Positions 1-9,816 of a DNA stretch of 64,000 nucleotides are shown here, piece by piece. The first letter of the stretch is position 1. Each line of letters opens with the position of its first letter. Below the pieces are notes generated by a model, which searched no databases, had not been told where the DNA came from, and worked only from the letters and a program-made list of their open reading frames with translations. The stretch is from contig DMBU01000193.1 of the NCBI GenBank assembly GCA_003446015.1, positions 11,833-75,832 on the forward strand. Reading direction: 5' to 3'. This stretch comes from Bacteroidales bacterium. Lineage in GTDB: Bacteria; Bacteroidota; Bacteroidia; Bacteroidales; UBA12077. A program made the translations under genes and the position numbers.

Positions 1-432
1 TCCATCATCCATCTTATTTGCTGTAAAACTTACAGGATTTGTGATGCCTTTTATAGTTAACTTCCCTTTTACTTCAGCCTTACCATCTTTGAATGGAGCA
101 CTCTCAGTTAATGTTAATGTTGCAACAGGAAATGTTTCAACACTAAAAAAATCATCAGATTTTAAATGACCTATTAGTTTTCCATTCCATTCGGGATCTT
201 CTAAATCCTTATTAATAAGACTATTCATGTCAATATTAAAGACTCCTCCGGTAATTTTACCATCTTTAACTGATAAAGTTCCGTCTTTAAGTTTAACATA
301 ACCCCAATGTTCGCCGGTTACTTTTTTACCTGTCCACTTTAATTCTGACTTAGATGTATTTACAGAAAAATCCTGAGCCCCTGCGATAATACTTATCATC
401 AGAAATGCAATTAAAAAGTTAATCTTCTTCAT
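1..432 (-). CDS. YceI-like polyisoprenoid-binding periplasmic protein. Partial: the C-terminus runs off the window start.
   Basis: Reverse-complement ATG at 430..432. My translation is MKKINFLIAFLMISIIAGAQDFSVNTSKSELKWTGKKVTGEHWG..., a signal peptide plus the YceI-type 'W.G.K..G.H.G' start. Not in the ORF track because no stop lies in the window. Confidence 0.8.
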   Translation of the reverse strand, partial: MKKINFLIAFLMISIIAGAQDFSVNTSKSELKWTGKKVTGEHWGYVKLKDGTLSVKDGKITGGVFNIDMNSLINKDLEDPEWNGKLIGHLKSDDFFSVETFPVATLTLTESAPFKDGKAEVKGKLTIKGITNPVSFTANKMDDG

Positions 433-551
433 ATTATTCAATTTTAGTTAGTTTCAATTTTTTGTTTTATAACGTTTAGACAATAAAACAAGAATATAAA
501 CAAAATGTTTAATCGAAAATTAAGATATGAAAGTCAGGTTTAGTTAATTTA

Positions 552-3062
552 TTATAAACTTCCCTTAAAATCGAAGTTAACTTGTGTTTGAAGATTTGAA
601 ATTTCTGATATTATTTTTTTTAAGGTAGTTTTCTCAATATCTGATAATTTTTCAATTTGAATTAAATTATCAGGATTTTGTTTTTTCAAAAGTTGGTTGG
701 TTTGAAATCTAAATCTTAACAACATTAAATAGTTATAGGATACATATATTTCGTTATAAAACGACTTACTAACCGAAGACAAAGAATTTAGTTTTTCTAA
801 ACGAAGCAGGGTATTTGTTTCGGTGATTTTATGTTTTAAGGAGTATAAACGAATAAAACTAACAATGGGTAATATTATTTTTTTAATATCAAATGCAGAA
901 TTATCATCTTCAGAATCTCCAACGATATTTCCAAATAAATTTACTACAGACTTGTATTTAATTATCGGAATTGCCATATGCTGAAAGAATACGGCTTTAT
1001 TTTCAATTGCCTGAAAAATATAATTCTGAAGATTTATTGTTAACTCCTGGTTACCGTTTATACATCTAAAATCGAAGAAAATACTTGCCTCAAGAATGCT
1101 TTTGGGATCGCTGTTATTTATCCAATCTTTAAACTGATTTTTCCATTCATCCAAAGATAAAACCCACTTAGGGTTATTTGCCATTACTTCTCCGTTGCAG
1201 TATTTAAATCCAAGTTTATCAAGAGCTTCGGTTATTTTTTTCCCTAACTCAAGAAAATAGGATTTATACACATTGTGATTTCCCTGATCTACATTTTCAA
1301 AAATTATGGCATTATCCTGATCGGTAGCGAGTGTTTGTTCCATTCTCCCTTCGCTGCCCACAGCAATAAATGCAAATTTGCAGGGAGGAGTCCCAATGGA
1401 TTCAATAGCCAGGTTAATTAGTCTGTTTGTAATGGCATCAGTTAATGTTGTAATAATTCGTGTTATGTTTTGAGTTCTAGCACCACTTTCAATAAGAGCC
1501 TTTATTAATACAGGTAATTTAATTGTAGTTTTTTCTATTTGCCCAATATCTTCAGCTATTTCAACTTCCCTTACAAGAAAACTAATTGAGTTTCGCTGCA
1601 TTTCATAAATATCAACATTACTTAATACCCCAATTACTTCCGATTTGCTGTTTTTAACTGCTAAATGCGAAACATTTTCTTTATTAAAAATTAATATAGC
1701 TTCATACAATAAAATGCTATCCTGAACACTTATTACAGGAGCAGTCATTATTTGTACAATTGAATTCTGTGGATTTATATTTTGAGCCAGAACTCTTGAT
1801 CTTAAATCACGATCAGTTACAACACCAATTATAGTGTCTTTTTGAGAAATAAAAACCACATCCTGATTCTTACGAGTCATTGATATAGCTGCTTCAGAGA
1901 TTGAAGTATCAGAATCACATTTTATCAATTCCTTTATAAAATGTTTTATCGGCTGATTCATCAAAAGGAGAGAAGTTTGGATTTCATCTGAGAGCTTCTC
2001 CGTTTCTTTCTCAACTATTTTAGTTTTAGTTATATCTTTAACAATAATGATAAAGCCATCCTGTTTTCCAAAAGACACTTTTGATATAGTTAAAACAACA
2101 TCTTTAAAGTTTTTATTTGCAGCTTTTAGTCTGGTATCAATAGATTCTGATTTTCCTGAAATTTTAATTCTGGATTTCACATTTACCCACGAAATATCGA
2201 ATATTTCATCAAATTTTAAGGATAGCACAAAACTGGCTGAACTTCCAAACATAGCATTAAATTTCATGTTCGAAAAAATTATCTGGTCATCCATGATTAG
2301 TAATGTACCATCAATTGATGCTTCAACCAGCGATTGATATTTCCTTCGCGATGCTTTTAACTTGTCTTCAATATCTTTTCTCTTTCGTTCAATATCTAAA
2401 CTTTGTTTAACAACAAATAATATGATAACACTAATAATACCAATAATAATAAATGTAATTTTTATCAGTCGTTTTTCAAGAGCAGAAATTTCTTCTTTTA
2501 CATCCTCAAGATAAATTCCTGTTCCAATAATCCAGTTCCAGTCCTGATATATTTTTACAAACGATAATTTGGGAACAATGCGCGTTGAATCGTCTTTCCA
2601 CTGCCACATATAATCAATATAACCTTCACCACTATTTACAACTGTATCAACGGCAACAACAAATAATGCTTTTCCTTCTTGATCTTTATACTCAAGTAAT
2701 TCCTGGCCATTTAAATCGGTACGATAAGGATGCATAATCATTCGCGGGAAAAGGTCAATTATCCAGAAATAATCTTTATTCTCATCACCATATCTTAATT
2801 TACTGATTTTATTGATGGCAGATTCCTGAGCTTCCTCAAGTGTAAGAATATTATTTTTAAAATCCTGATCGTAATCATAAATTAAGCTCCAGGCTGTACT
2901 AACAAGTTCCTTAAGCATTTCCCGTTTTTTATTCATAATATTATTTTCAAAAACCGGGAGAATAAAAATATAGATCGATAAAATAAATAGAACAATTGCA
3001 AGAATTGAGGGGAAAACTATTCCTACAAAAAATCTTCTGATATCTTTGGGAGATAAATGCAT
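552..3062 (-). CDS. Membrane sensor protein: TM, Cache-like extracytoplasmic domain, TM, PAS, tandem CBS, DUF294-type nucleotidyltransferase with DUF294_C.
   Basis: 836 aa. N-terminal TM helix, then Cache-like 'DYFWIIDLFPRMIMHPYRTDLNGQ', a second TM, a PAS-like segment and a CBS pair ('VVTDRDLRSRV', 'HLAVKNSKSEVIGVLSNVDI'). NTase motif 'FIAVGSEGRMEQTLATDQDNAIIF'. Last gene of the symporter operon. Confidence 0.75.
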   Translation of the reverse strand: MHLSPKDIRRFFVGIVFPSILAIVLFILSIYIFILPVFENNIMNKKREMLKELVSTAWSLIYDYDQDFKNNILTLEEAQESAINKISKLRYGDENKDYFWIIDLFPRMIMHPYRTDLNGQELLEYKDQEGKALFVVAVDTVVNSGEGYIDYMWQWKDDSTRIVPKLSFVKIYQDWNWIIGTGIYLEDVKEEISALEKRLIKITFIIIGIISVIILFVVKQSLDIERKRKDIEDKLKASRRKYQSLVEASIDGTLLIMDDQIIFSNMKFNAMFGSSASFVLSLKFDEIFDISWVNVKSRIKISGKSESIDTRLKAANKNFKDVVLTISKVSFGKQDGFIIIVKDITKTKIVEKETEKLSDEIQTSLLLMNQPIKHFIKELIKCDSDTSISEAAISMTRKNQDVVFISQKDTIIGVVTDRDLRSRVLAQNINPQNSIVQIMTAPVISVQDSILLYEAILIFNKENVSHLAVKNSKSEVIGVLSNVDIYEMQRNSISFLVREVEIAEDIGQIEKTTIKLPVLIKALIESGARTQNITRIITTLTDAITNRLINLAIESIGTPPCKFAFIAVGSEGRMEQTLATDQDNAIIFENVDQGNHNVYKSYFLELGKKITEALDKLGFKYCNGEVMANNPKWVLSLDEWKNQFKDWINNSDPKSILEASIFFDFRCINGNQELTINLQNYIFQAIENKAVFFQHMAIPIIKYKSVVNLFGNIVGDSEDDNSAFDIKKIILPIVSFIRLYSLKHKITETNTLLRLEKLNSLSSVSKSFYNEIYVSYNYLMLLRFRFQTNQLLKKQNPDNLIQIEKLSDIEKTTLKKIISEISNLQTQVNFDFKGSL

Positions 3063-3072
3063 GATTTACCTA

Positions 3073-3846
3073 TTAATTTTCTTTTTGCTTTGGAGGGAAT
3101 AATTTCTGAATTAAATTCCTTTTTTTCAAGGGTTTGCCCAATAAAATATTAAAATTATTTTCGGCTGTTAAATTTTGATCCCATAACTCAATTGCTTTTT
3201 CATAACAATTTATTGTTTGTTCATACTCTTCACGGTGCCGGTATATAATGCCCAGATTCGTGTATGCAACAGATAACCTGCGTTCTGTTTCGTATTGTGC
3301 TGTTTCAATTTCTTTAATTCGGTTAGTAAGAAATCGTTCTTTTTCTTTTTCTGTGTATTGATCCAGTCCTTGAAGAAAATCATTCTTCATTAAATCACTT
3401 ACCTGATTCAAGTTTTTATCGGAGTATATATTTAGCCAATTTTTATAAATGGAAATACTTTTATCAACAGCTATTTCAGCTAATTGTAAAAGTTTATCTC
3501 TCGACAGGTCTTTAAACTGATAAAGTCTGTCCTCATATAAGTACATTGTTAAGTAAGCTGCGGCTCTATTGTTATATAATACTCCAACTTCAAATGATTC
3601 TTCATAATGGCTTACATTGTTATAAATATATTCAACAGAATCGAGTAGGGCGAAAATATTTACAAAATCATTTTGAATAGCGTAATTATTGTACTTTTCG
3701 TATAACTCACGTGCAGGTTTAACTCTGGGATCTTTTGATGAGTTAATATTTTTATAATAGAAATATGAAATTGATATTACGATAAAAGAAAGAGCAATCA
3801 TCACTAGGATGAGTGCTCTTTTATTTTTATTTGATAAGTAACTCAT
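3073..3846 (-). CDS. Membrane-anchored TPR-like protein of unknown function.
   Basis: 257 aa with one N-terminal TM helix (ALILVMIALSFIVISISYFYY). TPR-like helical repeats ('AYTNLGIIYRHREEYEQTINCYEKAIEL'). Its start overlaps the upstream stop by 1 nt (TAATG at 3846). Confidence 0.55.
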   Translation of the reverse strand: MSYLSNKNKRALILVMIALSFIVISISYFYYKNINSSKDPRVKPARELYEKYNNYAIQNDFVNIFALLDSVEYIYNNVSHYEESFEVGVLYNNRAAAYLTMYLYEDRLYQFKDLSRDKLLQLAEIAVDKSISIYKNWLNIYSDKNLNQVSDLMKNDFLQGLDQYTEKEKERFLTNRIKEIETAQYETERRLSVAYTNLGIIYRHREEYEQTINCYEKAIELWDQNLTAENNFNILLGKPLKKRNLIQKLFPPKQKEN

Positions 3847-5525
3847 TATGAGTGTACATTTAATACTAAAAATTTGCGTATTTCAAGTGGTGTTTCAGGT
3901 GTAAGTTTTGAAACAACAATATTTGTTATAATTGCCAGTGGAGCACCAATCCATGCAAAAAACCACGCTCCAAGCCATTTTGTTACAAATGCTGCAGCAG
4001 GTAAATCGAAACCTTTTGCGCCTGCAACAAAATAAGTAATTGATATAATTGAAACTAAACCTCCGGCAATTAAGCCTGCAATAGCTCCTTGTTTATTAGA
4101 ACCACTCCACCATATACCTAATAAGAATAATGGGAAAATAGTACATCCTGCTAACGAGAATGCCACAGCTACAAGTTGAGCAATAAGTCCAAGTTTTAAT
4201 AAGGCAATGGCTGTAACTATAATAGACATTACGATTGTACCTAATCGGGCCATGAATAATTGTTTTTTAGGTGATGATTCAGGGTTAATGATCTTAACAT
4301 ATAAATCATGTGCAAAAGCTGATGATCCGGCAACCAATAAACCTGATACAGTAGAGAAAGCTGCAGATACAGCACCAGCTGCCAATAATCCAACAATTAA
4401 AGAATTAATGTTGCCAAGTTGAGCAGTATAAACAACAATTGCATCTTTTGCTAATTTTCCAACTTCTGGATTTGCTGATAACATTTTACCAAATGCAGAA
4501 TAAGCAGGAGCACTCCAGTATAAAATACAAATAAAGAATAATCCCCAAACAACGGACCAACGAGCATCGCGTGCTTTAGGTACTACGTAAAAACGTTGAA
4601 TAACATGTGGTAAACCCGCTGTTCCTACCATTAATGAGAAAGCAATTGCCATCCATTGAAAAAAGGTTTGACCTGTTGCAGGATCCCACGGCATTGCAAA
4701 TTCCGGTGATGGAACAATTGCAAACTCATGTCCTAATGCATTAAACATGTGATTAGCTTCAGAAATATTAACACCTGATACGATATCAGAAACTACAGAT
4801 CCATATCCAATTTGTGGTAATAACCAGAAATAATCGAATTTAAATGATAATATAAAAAGAGGTATTAAAAACGATATAATAATAATTACATATTGTATTT
4901 GCATATTTTTAGTTACACCAAGCATTCCTGAAATTAAAGTATAAGCCAATACAACGGTACCACCAATAATTACTGCCCAGGTATAATCTATTCCGAGTAT
5001 CCATTTAAACATTAATCCAATTCCTCCGAACTGACCAACACAATATGAAATTGAAATCAGGATAGCAATAATAGCACCTACAGCTCTTAAGCCTTGAGAA
5101 TAATATCGATCGCCAATAAAATCGGCAGCCGTATATTTCCCATATTTACGAATCTGTCCTGCCATTAGAATCAGTAATAAAACATAACCTCCGGTCCAGC
5201 CAACAACATATGATAGTCCATGATAACCAGAACCATACATAATTGCTGCCATACCAAGAAACGAAGCAGCACTCATCCAGTTTGAAGCAATCGCCATTCC
5301 AGATCCAACCCTTGATATACTTCGTCCGGCAGCATAAAAGTCTGCAGTATCTTTTGCTCTAAAAAATATGCCAACTAAAACGAATACACATAAAATGGTT
5401 ATAAGAATAATAGCAGGACCAACTTTAAAACCACCTTCTAATTGCGTTGAAGCACCTGCTGCAAATAATAACGAAGGTGTAAGTAATAATATAATAGGTA
5501 ATATAAACTTTTTCATCTTTATCAA
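3846..5525 (-). CDS. Sodium:solute symporter (SSS family, VC_2705-like/ActP-like large subunit).
   Basis: 559 aa, polytopic. 'GRSISRVGSGMAIASNWMSAASFLGMAAIMYGSGYHGLSYVVGWTGGY' is typical of the SSS family. Preceded by a DUF4212-type small-subunit gene. Confidence 0.9.
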   Translation of the reverse strand: MIKMKKFILPIILLLTPSLLFAAGASTQLEGGFKVGPAIILITILCVFVLVGIFFRAKDTADFYAAGRSISRVGSGMAIASNWMSAASFLGMAAIMYGSGYHGLSYVVGWTGGYVLLLILMAGQIRKYGKYTAADFIGDRYYSQGLRAVGAIIAILISISYCVGQFGGIGLMFKWILGIDYTWAVIIGGTVVLAYTLISGMLGVTKNMQIQYVIIIISFLIPLFILSFKFDYFWLLPQIGYGSVVSDIVSGVNISEANHMFNALGHEFAIVPSPEFAMPWDPATGQTFFQWMAIAFSLMVGTAGLPHVIQRFYVVPKARDARWSVVWGLFFICILYWSAPAYSAFGKMLSANPEVGKLAKDAIVVYTAQLGNINSLIVGLLAAGAVSAAFSTVSGLLVAGSSAFAHDLYVKIINPESSPKKQLFMARLGTIVMSIIVTAIALLKLGLIAQLVAVAFSLAGCTIFPLFLLGIWWSGSNKQGAIAGLIAGGLVSIISITYFVAGAKGFDLPAAAFVTKWLGAWFFAWIGAPLAIITNIVVSKLTPETPLEIRKFLVLNVHS

Positions 5526-5542
5526 TTTTGAAATGTTATTAT

Positions 5543-6295
5543 TTACTCCTCAATGTCTAATCTCAGATACATTTTATCTATACGCACACAGTATAACCAG
5601 CATAAGAAAACAAATAATACAAGTAAGAATACTGCAGTATAAAAATAATGGAATGGAAATCCGAGAAATTTAAAATCAGTTAAGAACGACTGATTATGTA
5701 TTAAATACGTCGACATTATTGCAGGAATAAGTTCTTTATTTTCAGCTTTAAATAATTCCATTTCAGATGATACCAATTCCAGTGAAACAATTTTTGTTCT
5801 TGGATCATTGGATTGAAGTCCTAAAATATTACTTCCCAATTCAGACAAAGAATTTTTCAATTCAATATATTGAGGATCAGATATTGATGTAATTTCTGTC
5901 TTTAAATTTTCAAATTCTTTTGTTTTAATGAGTAATTGTTCTTTTTGAGAGGAATCGGCTAACTGATAGCTAACCCAGCTTACAGCATTATTTAATGCTT
6001 CTTTTTCGTTTGGTTTACAAAATCCTTTACCTAATACTGAAAGCGAAGTATGAGCAAATATCTGCATTTGTTCTGTACTAGCGTTTTCTGATAAAATATT
6101 TTCCCAAACTTTTTCATAATTTGTATATGCTACTTCGGGAGTAGGTTTTTCAATAACTTTTAAAAGATATTGAAACCCAAAAATCGCTACAGCCCATACC
6201 AGGATAAGTTTTATAGCTAAATTCCTGTTTAATTTAGCCTGGACAGTAGTAGGTTTAAAAAAACTAATGTGATAATCATTTTGATTAGGGTCCAT
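5543..6295 (-). CDS. DUF4212-like solute-symporter small subunit carrying an internal soluble insert of about 150 aa.
   Basis: 250 aa. N-terminal TM 'LNRNLAIKLILVWAVAIFGFQYLL' and C-terminal TM 'FLGFPFHYFYTAVFLLVLFVFLCWLYCVRIDK' resemble the two helices of the roughly 80-aa small subunit. It lies 18 nt upstream of the SSS gene. Confidence 0.6.
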   Translation of the reverse strand: MDPNQNDYHISFFKPTTVQAKLNRNLAIKLILVWAVAIFGFQYLLKVIEKPTPEVAYTNYEKVWENILSENASTEQMQIFAHTSLSVLGKGFCKPNEKEALNNAVSWVSYQLADSSQKEQLLIKTKEFENLKTEITSISDPQYIELKNSLSELGSNILGLQSNDPRTKIVSLELVSSEMELFKAENKELIPAIMSTYLIHNQSFLTDFKFLGFPFHYFYTAVFLLVLFVFLCWLYCVRIDKMYLRLDIEE

Positions 6296-6474
6296 GTTCT
6301 TTACGTTTAATTGTTTGTAACTAAGGTTCGACTAAGATAAATTTTTATTGCAGATTTTAATGCAATTGAAGTTTTTTTTTATGAGCATAATTGTTAATAA
6401 AATCGGAAAACTTTATCTGGTAAAGGATTGATAAAAAGGGATTTACTTATACAGATAGTTGGATGTGTAGATTG

Positions 6475-7272
6475 CTATTTTAACAAAACCGGATCGCTTA
6501 AAATTTCTTTTGCACCTAAATAAAAGAAGTATGCACTAAAGGTCATAAGTGTATGACTAATATCAAAATGATTGAACCATGGAGAAAATCCCCACTTATT
6601 CATGAAAAACAAAGCTCCTAAAGCTGAAAATCCAACAGCTATCAAAAATAGCTTGCTTCCCTTTTTTTTGCTTTTCAGAAAAACGACTAAATTAAAACCA
6701 AATACGATAATTAATAAACCGTATGCTGAATGTACTTCAACAAAAAAGAAATTAAGACTTGCAAATGTTATGGTTACAAAAGTTGCTAACTCAATGATAT
6801 TAAAATATGCAAAAAAAGTACCGACCTTTTTATTAATTAAAGGTCTTGCATATTCAATTGAGGCTCGTTCCACTAACATGATTGAAAACATACTGGTTAG
6901 CCATCCGGGTAATTTCCAGGGATTAGCCACATCCTTTAATAATTCTTCGCCAAATATATTTGACAGAACTCTCACAAAACCTTCAGGAGCTTCCCATTGA
7001 GCATTAAATAAATAAAGAAATCCATGACCAATTAATCCGCCAATGGTAGTTGCAATACCCATACTCAAAAAATAATAAGTTAAATATAAATGAACCTTAT
7101 TTTTAACATCTATCTTATTTAACTTATAAAAAGCATAAAAGCATACCAATGAAACCATTAAGTCAGTAAATGTTGTTACCGGCTCATCAATTCGTAGTCC
7201 AAATGGGAATATTGAAGGTTGTTCGTAATACATATTTTTATTTGGCTTGTAAAACAAATATAAATAATTCAA
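6475..7272 (-). CDS. Polytopic (about 7 TM) membrane protein of unknown function.
   Basis: 265-aa ORF with several hydrophobic helices. The true start may be the internal Met (MYYEQPS...) at about 7233. I recognise no diagnostic motif. Confidence 0.5.
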   Translation of the reverse strand: MNYLYLFYKPNKNMYYEQPSIFPFGLRIDEPVTTFTDLMVSLVCFYAFYKLNKIDVKNKVHLYLTYYFLSMGIATTIGGLIGHGFLYLFNAQWEAPEGFVRVLSNIFGEELLKDVANPWKLPGWLTSMFSIMLVERASIEYARPLINKKVGTFFAYFNIIELATFVTITFASLNFFFVEVHSAYGLLIIVFGFNLVVFLKSKKKGSKLFLIAVGFSALGALFFMNKWGFSPWFNHFDISHTLMTFSAYFFYLGAKEILSDPVLLK

Positions 7273-7314
7273 TTACAGAAAACAATTGATTAAGTTCTAA
7301 TATAATTAGATGCA

Positions 7315-8028
7315 TTGTATAAATTAAATCGACTATTAATTATATTTGCTGTTCTAAACTCAAATCTAATAATTTTGAAGAGATCAGGTATAATAATCGT
7401 GTTAGTTTTATTGGTTCACTATATTACTTTTAGTCAAACCGAGGAATTTAAGCCTTTATATTCATTTGGTATAAAACAAGGAATAAATTATTCAACGGTT
7501 AACTTTTCACCAGGAATTGATCAGGGTTTAACACTTGGCTATACTGGTGGTTTAGCTTTTAAATATCAAAGTGAAAAAAACTGGGCTATTCAGTTAGAGC
7601 TAAATTACATTCAAAAAGGATGGAAAGAGAATTTAGATACCATAAGTAATTCATACAATAGAAAGTTAAACTATATTGAACTTCCTTTAATTACACATAT
7701 TGTATTAGGTAAGCGACAGCTTAAATATTACATTAATCTTGGAACTTCATTCGCTTATTTTTTGTCGGAGCAAGAAAATGTAACTGTAAATAATGAGATG
7801 TACAGACGTGAGTATTATGAAAAGGAGATTGAAAATTATTTTGATTATAGTGTTTTAGGTGAGTTTGGTGTGGTTTATAACACAGGAATAGGAGAATTCC
7901 AAATTGGAATAAGATATCAGTTAACCTTAACAGATTTATTTAAAACTACTTCTACAACCATATTTGATAATTCACAAAATCAATTATGGAACCTTTCATT
8001 AACATACTTTTTCTTCGATAATAAATAA
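7315..8028 (+). CDS. Outer-membrane beta-barrel (porin-family / OMP_b-brl_2-like) protein.
   Basis: Alternating beta-strand pattern, 'YIELPLITHIVLG', and a C-terminal aromatic 'LSLTYFFF'. The start is more likely the in-frame TTG at 7375, giving MKRSGIIIVLVLLVHYITFSQ as a signal peptide. Confidence 0.6.
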   Translation: MYKLNRLLIIFAVLNSNLIILKRSGIIIVLVLLVHYITFSQTEEFKPLYSFGIKQGINYSTVNFSPGIDQGLTLGYTGGLAFKYQSEKNWAIQLELNYIQKGWKENLDTISNSYNRKLNYIELPLITHIVLGKRQLKYYINLGTSFAYFLSEQENVTVNNEMYRREYYEKEIENYFDYSVLGEFGVVYNTGIGEFQIGIRYQLTLTDLFKTTSTTIFDNSQNQLWNLSLTYFFFDNK

Positions 8029-8091
8029 CAATCCATTGAACATATTTGAATACTGAGCGTTTAGTTTTTGAAATAATTAAAATAATAGATT

Positions 8092-8631
8092 ATGAAAAAA
8101 ACTTTAACATTTATAGTATTAATGATATTCTCTATGACACTAATAGCACAAACGAAATCATTTTATGATTTTACGGTTAAAAATATCGATGGTGAAGACT
8201 TTAGCTTATCATCTTTAAAAGGTAAAAAAGTATTGGTAGTAAATACAGCATCAAAGTGTGGTTTTACTCCTCAATATGAAGATCTGCAAAAGTTATACGA
8301 GAAGTATAAAAGTCAGAATTTCGTTATCATAGGTTTTCCGGCCAATAATTTTATGAGTCAGGAGCCGGGAACTAATTCCGAAATTAAAGAGTTTTGCAGC
8401 TCAAAGTATAGCGTTACTTTTCCAATGATGGCAAAGATTTCAGTAAAAGGAGATGATATTCATTCATTGTATAAGTGGTTAACTGAAAAAGAGCAAAATG
8501 GAGTTATGGACTCTAAAGTAAAATGGAATTTTCAGAAATACATGATTAGTGAAGATGGAAAACTGGTTGATGTAGCTTATTCGAAAACCAATCCTTTGGA
8601 TGAACAAATCGTGAACTGGATTAAAGAATAA
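8092..8631 (+). CDS. Glutathione peroxidase (Cys-type).
   Basis: 'VVNTASKCGFTPQYEDLQKLYEKY...IIGFPANNF' and 'WNFQKY' are GPx signatures. The catalytic residue is Cys, not Sec. Confidence 0.9.
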   Translation: MKKTLTFIVLMIFSMTLIAQTKSFYDFTVKNIDGEDFSLSSLKGKKVLVVNTASKCGFTPQYEDLQKLYEKYKSQNFVIIGFPANNFMSQEPGTNSEIKEFCSSKYSVTFPMMAKISVKGDDIHSLYKWLTEKEQNGVMDSKVKWNFQKYMISEDGKLVDVAYSKTNPLDEQIVNWIKE

Positions 8632-8673
8632 AAATAAGTAAGTGAGTTTATAGAAATTAAAACTTATCTATAA

Positions 8674-8708
8674 ATCGTATTTGGTGCATACCAGATACGA
8701 TTTTTTTA
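8674..8708 (+). terminator. Rho-independent terminator after the peroxidase gene.
   Basis: ATCGTATTTGGT-GCAT-ACCAGATACGAT forms a 12-bp stem with one G.U pair, followed by a T7 run. Confidence 0.75.
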
Positions 8709-8789
8709 TTTTTTTATTTTTTATAGGGTAAACCTTTATATTACAATCATATCTTATAAATGTAATTGTAACCCTAAATTTAAAATATT

Positions 8790-9806
8790 ATGATAAAAAG
8801 ACTAATTTACCTTGCATTTGTTTTCTTTGCATTATCATGCAGTAATACAAGAAATAACACAGAAAACTTTCCAGCTTTAACAGGAAATTATCTTGGACAG
8901 GAATTACCCGGCGATTCAGCTAAGTTATTTGCCCCAGGAATAATATCTACAGGTATGGCCGATAGAGATATAGCTATAACACCCGACGGAACGGAACTTT
9001 TCTTTACCCGAACCATTGGAACTTCAGGAATCTTTACAATTTTTCATACGAAAGTGATCAATAATGAATGGTCAAAACCAGAAGTGTTCGAGTTTTGTAG
9101 AGATACAAGGTATAAAAACACTGAACCCTTTGTATCGGGTGACGGAAAAAAACTATTATTTGTTTCAAACAGGTCTGAAGCCGATACTGTTGCTTCTTAT
9201 GATATTTGGGTTTCCGAAAAAGATGAAAACAATAACTGGACACAACCATATAACCTGGGTAAACCTGTTAACACTGACCAAAATGAGTTCTTCCCGACAC
9301 TTACTAAAGACGGTACTATATATTATAATCATTTCGATCCAGAGTCAGGTGATGAATTTATTTATCGTTCCAAATTGGTAGATGGTAAATATTCAACACC
9401 CGAAAAGTTGAATGAAAAAATAAACGGTGGCAGAGCACGATTTAATGCATTTATATCACCCGACGAGAGTTTTATTATTATCCCAACTTTTGGTATGCCA
9501 GATTCATATGGAGCCACTGATTACTACATAGTATTCAGAGATAATGAAGACAATTGGAGCGAGCCAATAAATATGGGCGATCAGGTAAATAGCTCCAATG
9601 GGCAGGAATGGTCGGCATCTTTATCTCCCGATGGTAAATATTTGTTTTTTATGTCGGCCAGAATACCTGAAAATAATTTAACGATTTCAGCATTTACATC
9701 TGATAATTTTAATGAATTACATAACTCTCCACAGAACGGTTTATCTGACATCTATTGGGTAAAATCCGGACTGATTGATGAATTAAGACAAAAAGCTAAA
9801 TTCTAA
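8790..9806 (+). CDS. TolB-like PD40 beta-propeller repeat protein (exported).
   Basis: Signal/lipobox-like N-terminus (FFALSCS). Repeated 'SPDG.ELFF', 'SGDGKKLLFVSNR' and 'LSPDGKYLFFMSAR' PD40 motifs. Confidence 0.7.
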   Translation: MIKRLIYLAFVFFALSCSNTRNNTENFPALTGNYLGQELPGDSAKLFAPGIISTGMADRDIAITPDGTELFFTRTIGTSGIFTIFHTKVINNEWSKPEVFEFCRDTRYKNTEPFVSGDGKKLLFVSNRSEADTVASYDIWVSEKDENNNWTQPYNLGKPVNTDQNEFFPTLTKDGTIYYNHFDPESGDEFIYRSKLVDGKYSTPEKLNEKINGGRARFNAFISPDESFIIIPTFGMPDSYGATDYYIVFRDNEDNWSEPINMGDQVNSSNGQEWSASLSPDGKYLFFMSARIPENNLTISAFTSDNFNELHNSPQNGLSDIYWVKSGLIDELRQKAKF

Positions 9807-9816
9807 ATGAATTAAA

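Noticed and set aside
6572-7000. 142-aa ORF on the plus strand inside the membrane-protein gene 6475..7272.
   Set aside because: It is entirely antisense to a longer ORF with coherent TM-helix structure. Its composition is Lys/Asn/Thr-rich, typical of antisense frames in AT-rich genomes, and it has no family motif. The same reasoning applies to 2047..2337, 4207..4422, 5368..5673, 9058..9249, 9064..9381, 13941..14189, 16057..16317, 16820..17011, 17334..17816, 18859..19173 and 19599..19790.
8092-8631. Possible selenocysteine (in-frame TGA) in the glutathione peroxidase.
   Set aside because: The active-site codon is a normal Cys (..ASKCGFT..) and the ORF is uninterrupted. I saw no SECIS-like hairpin.
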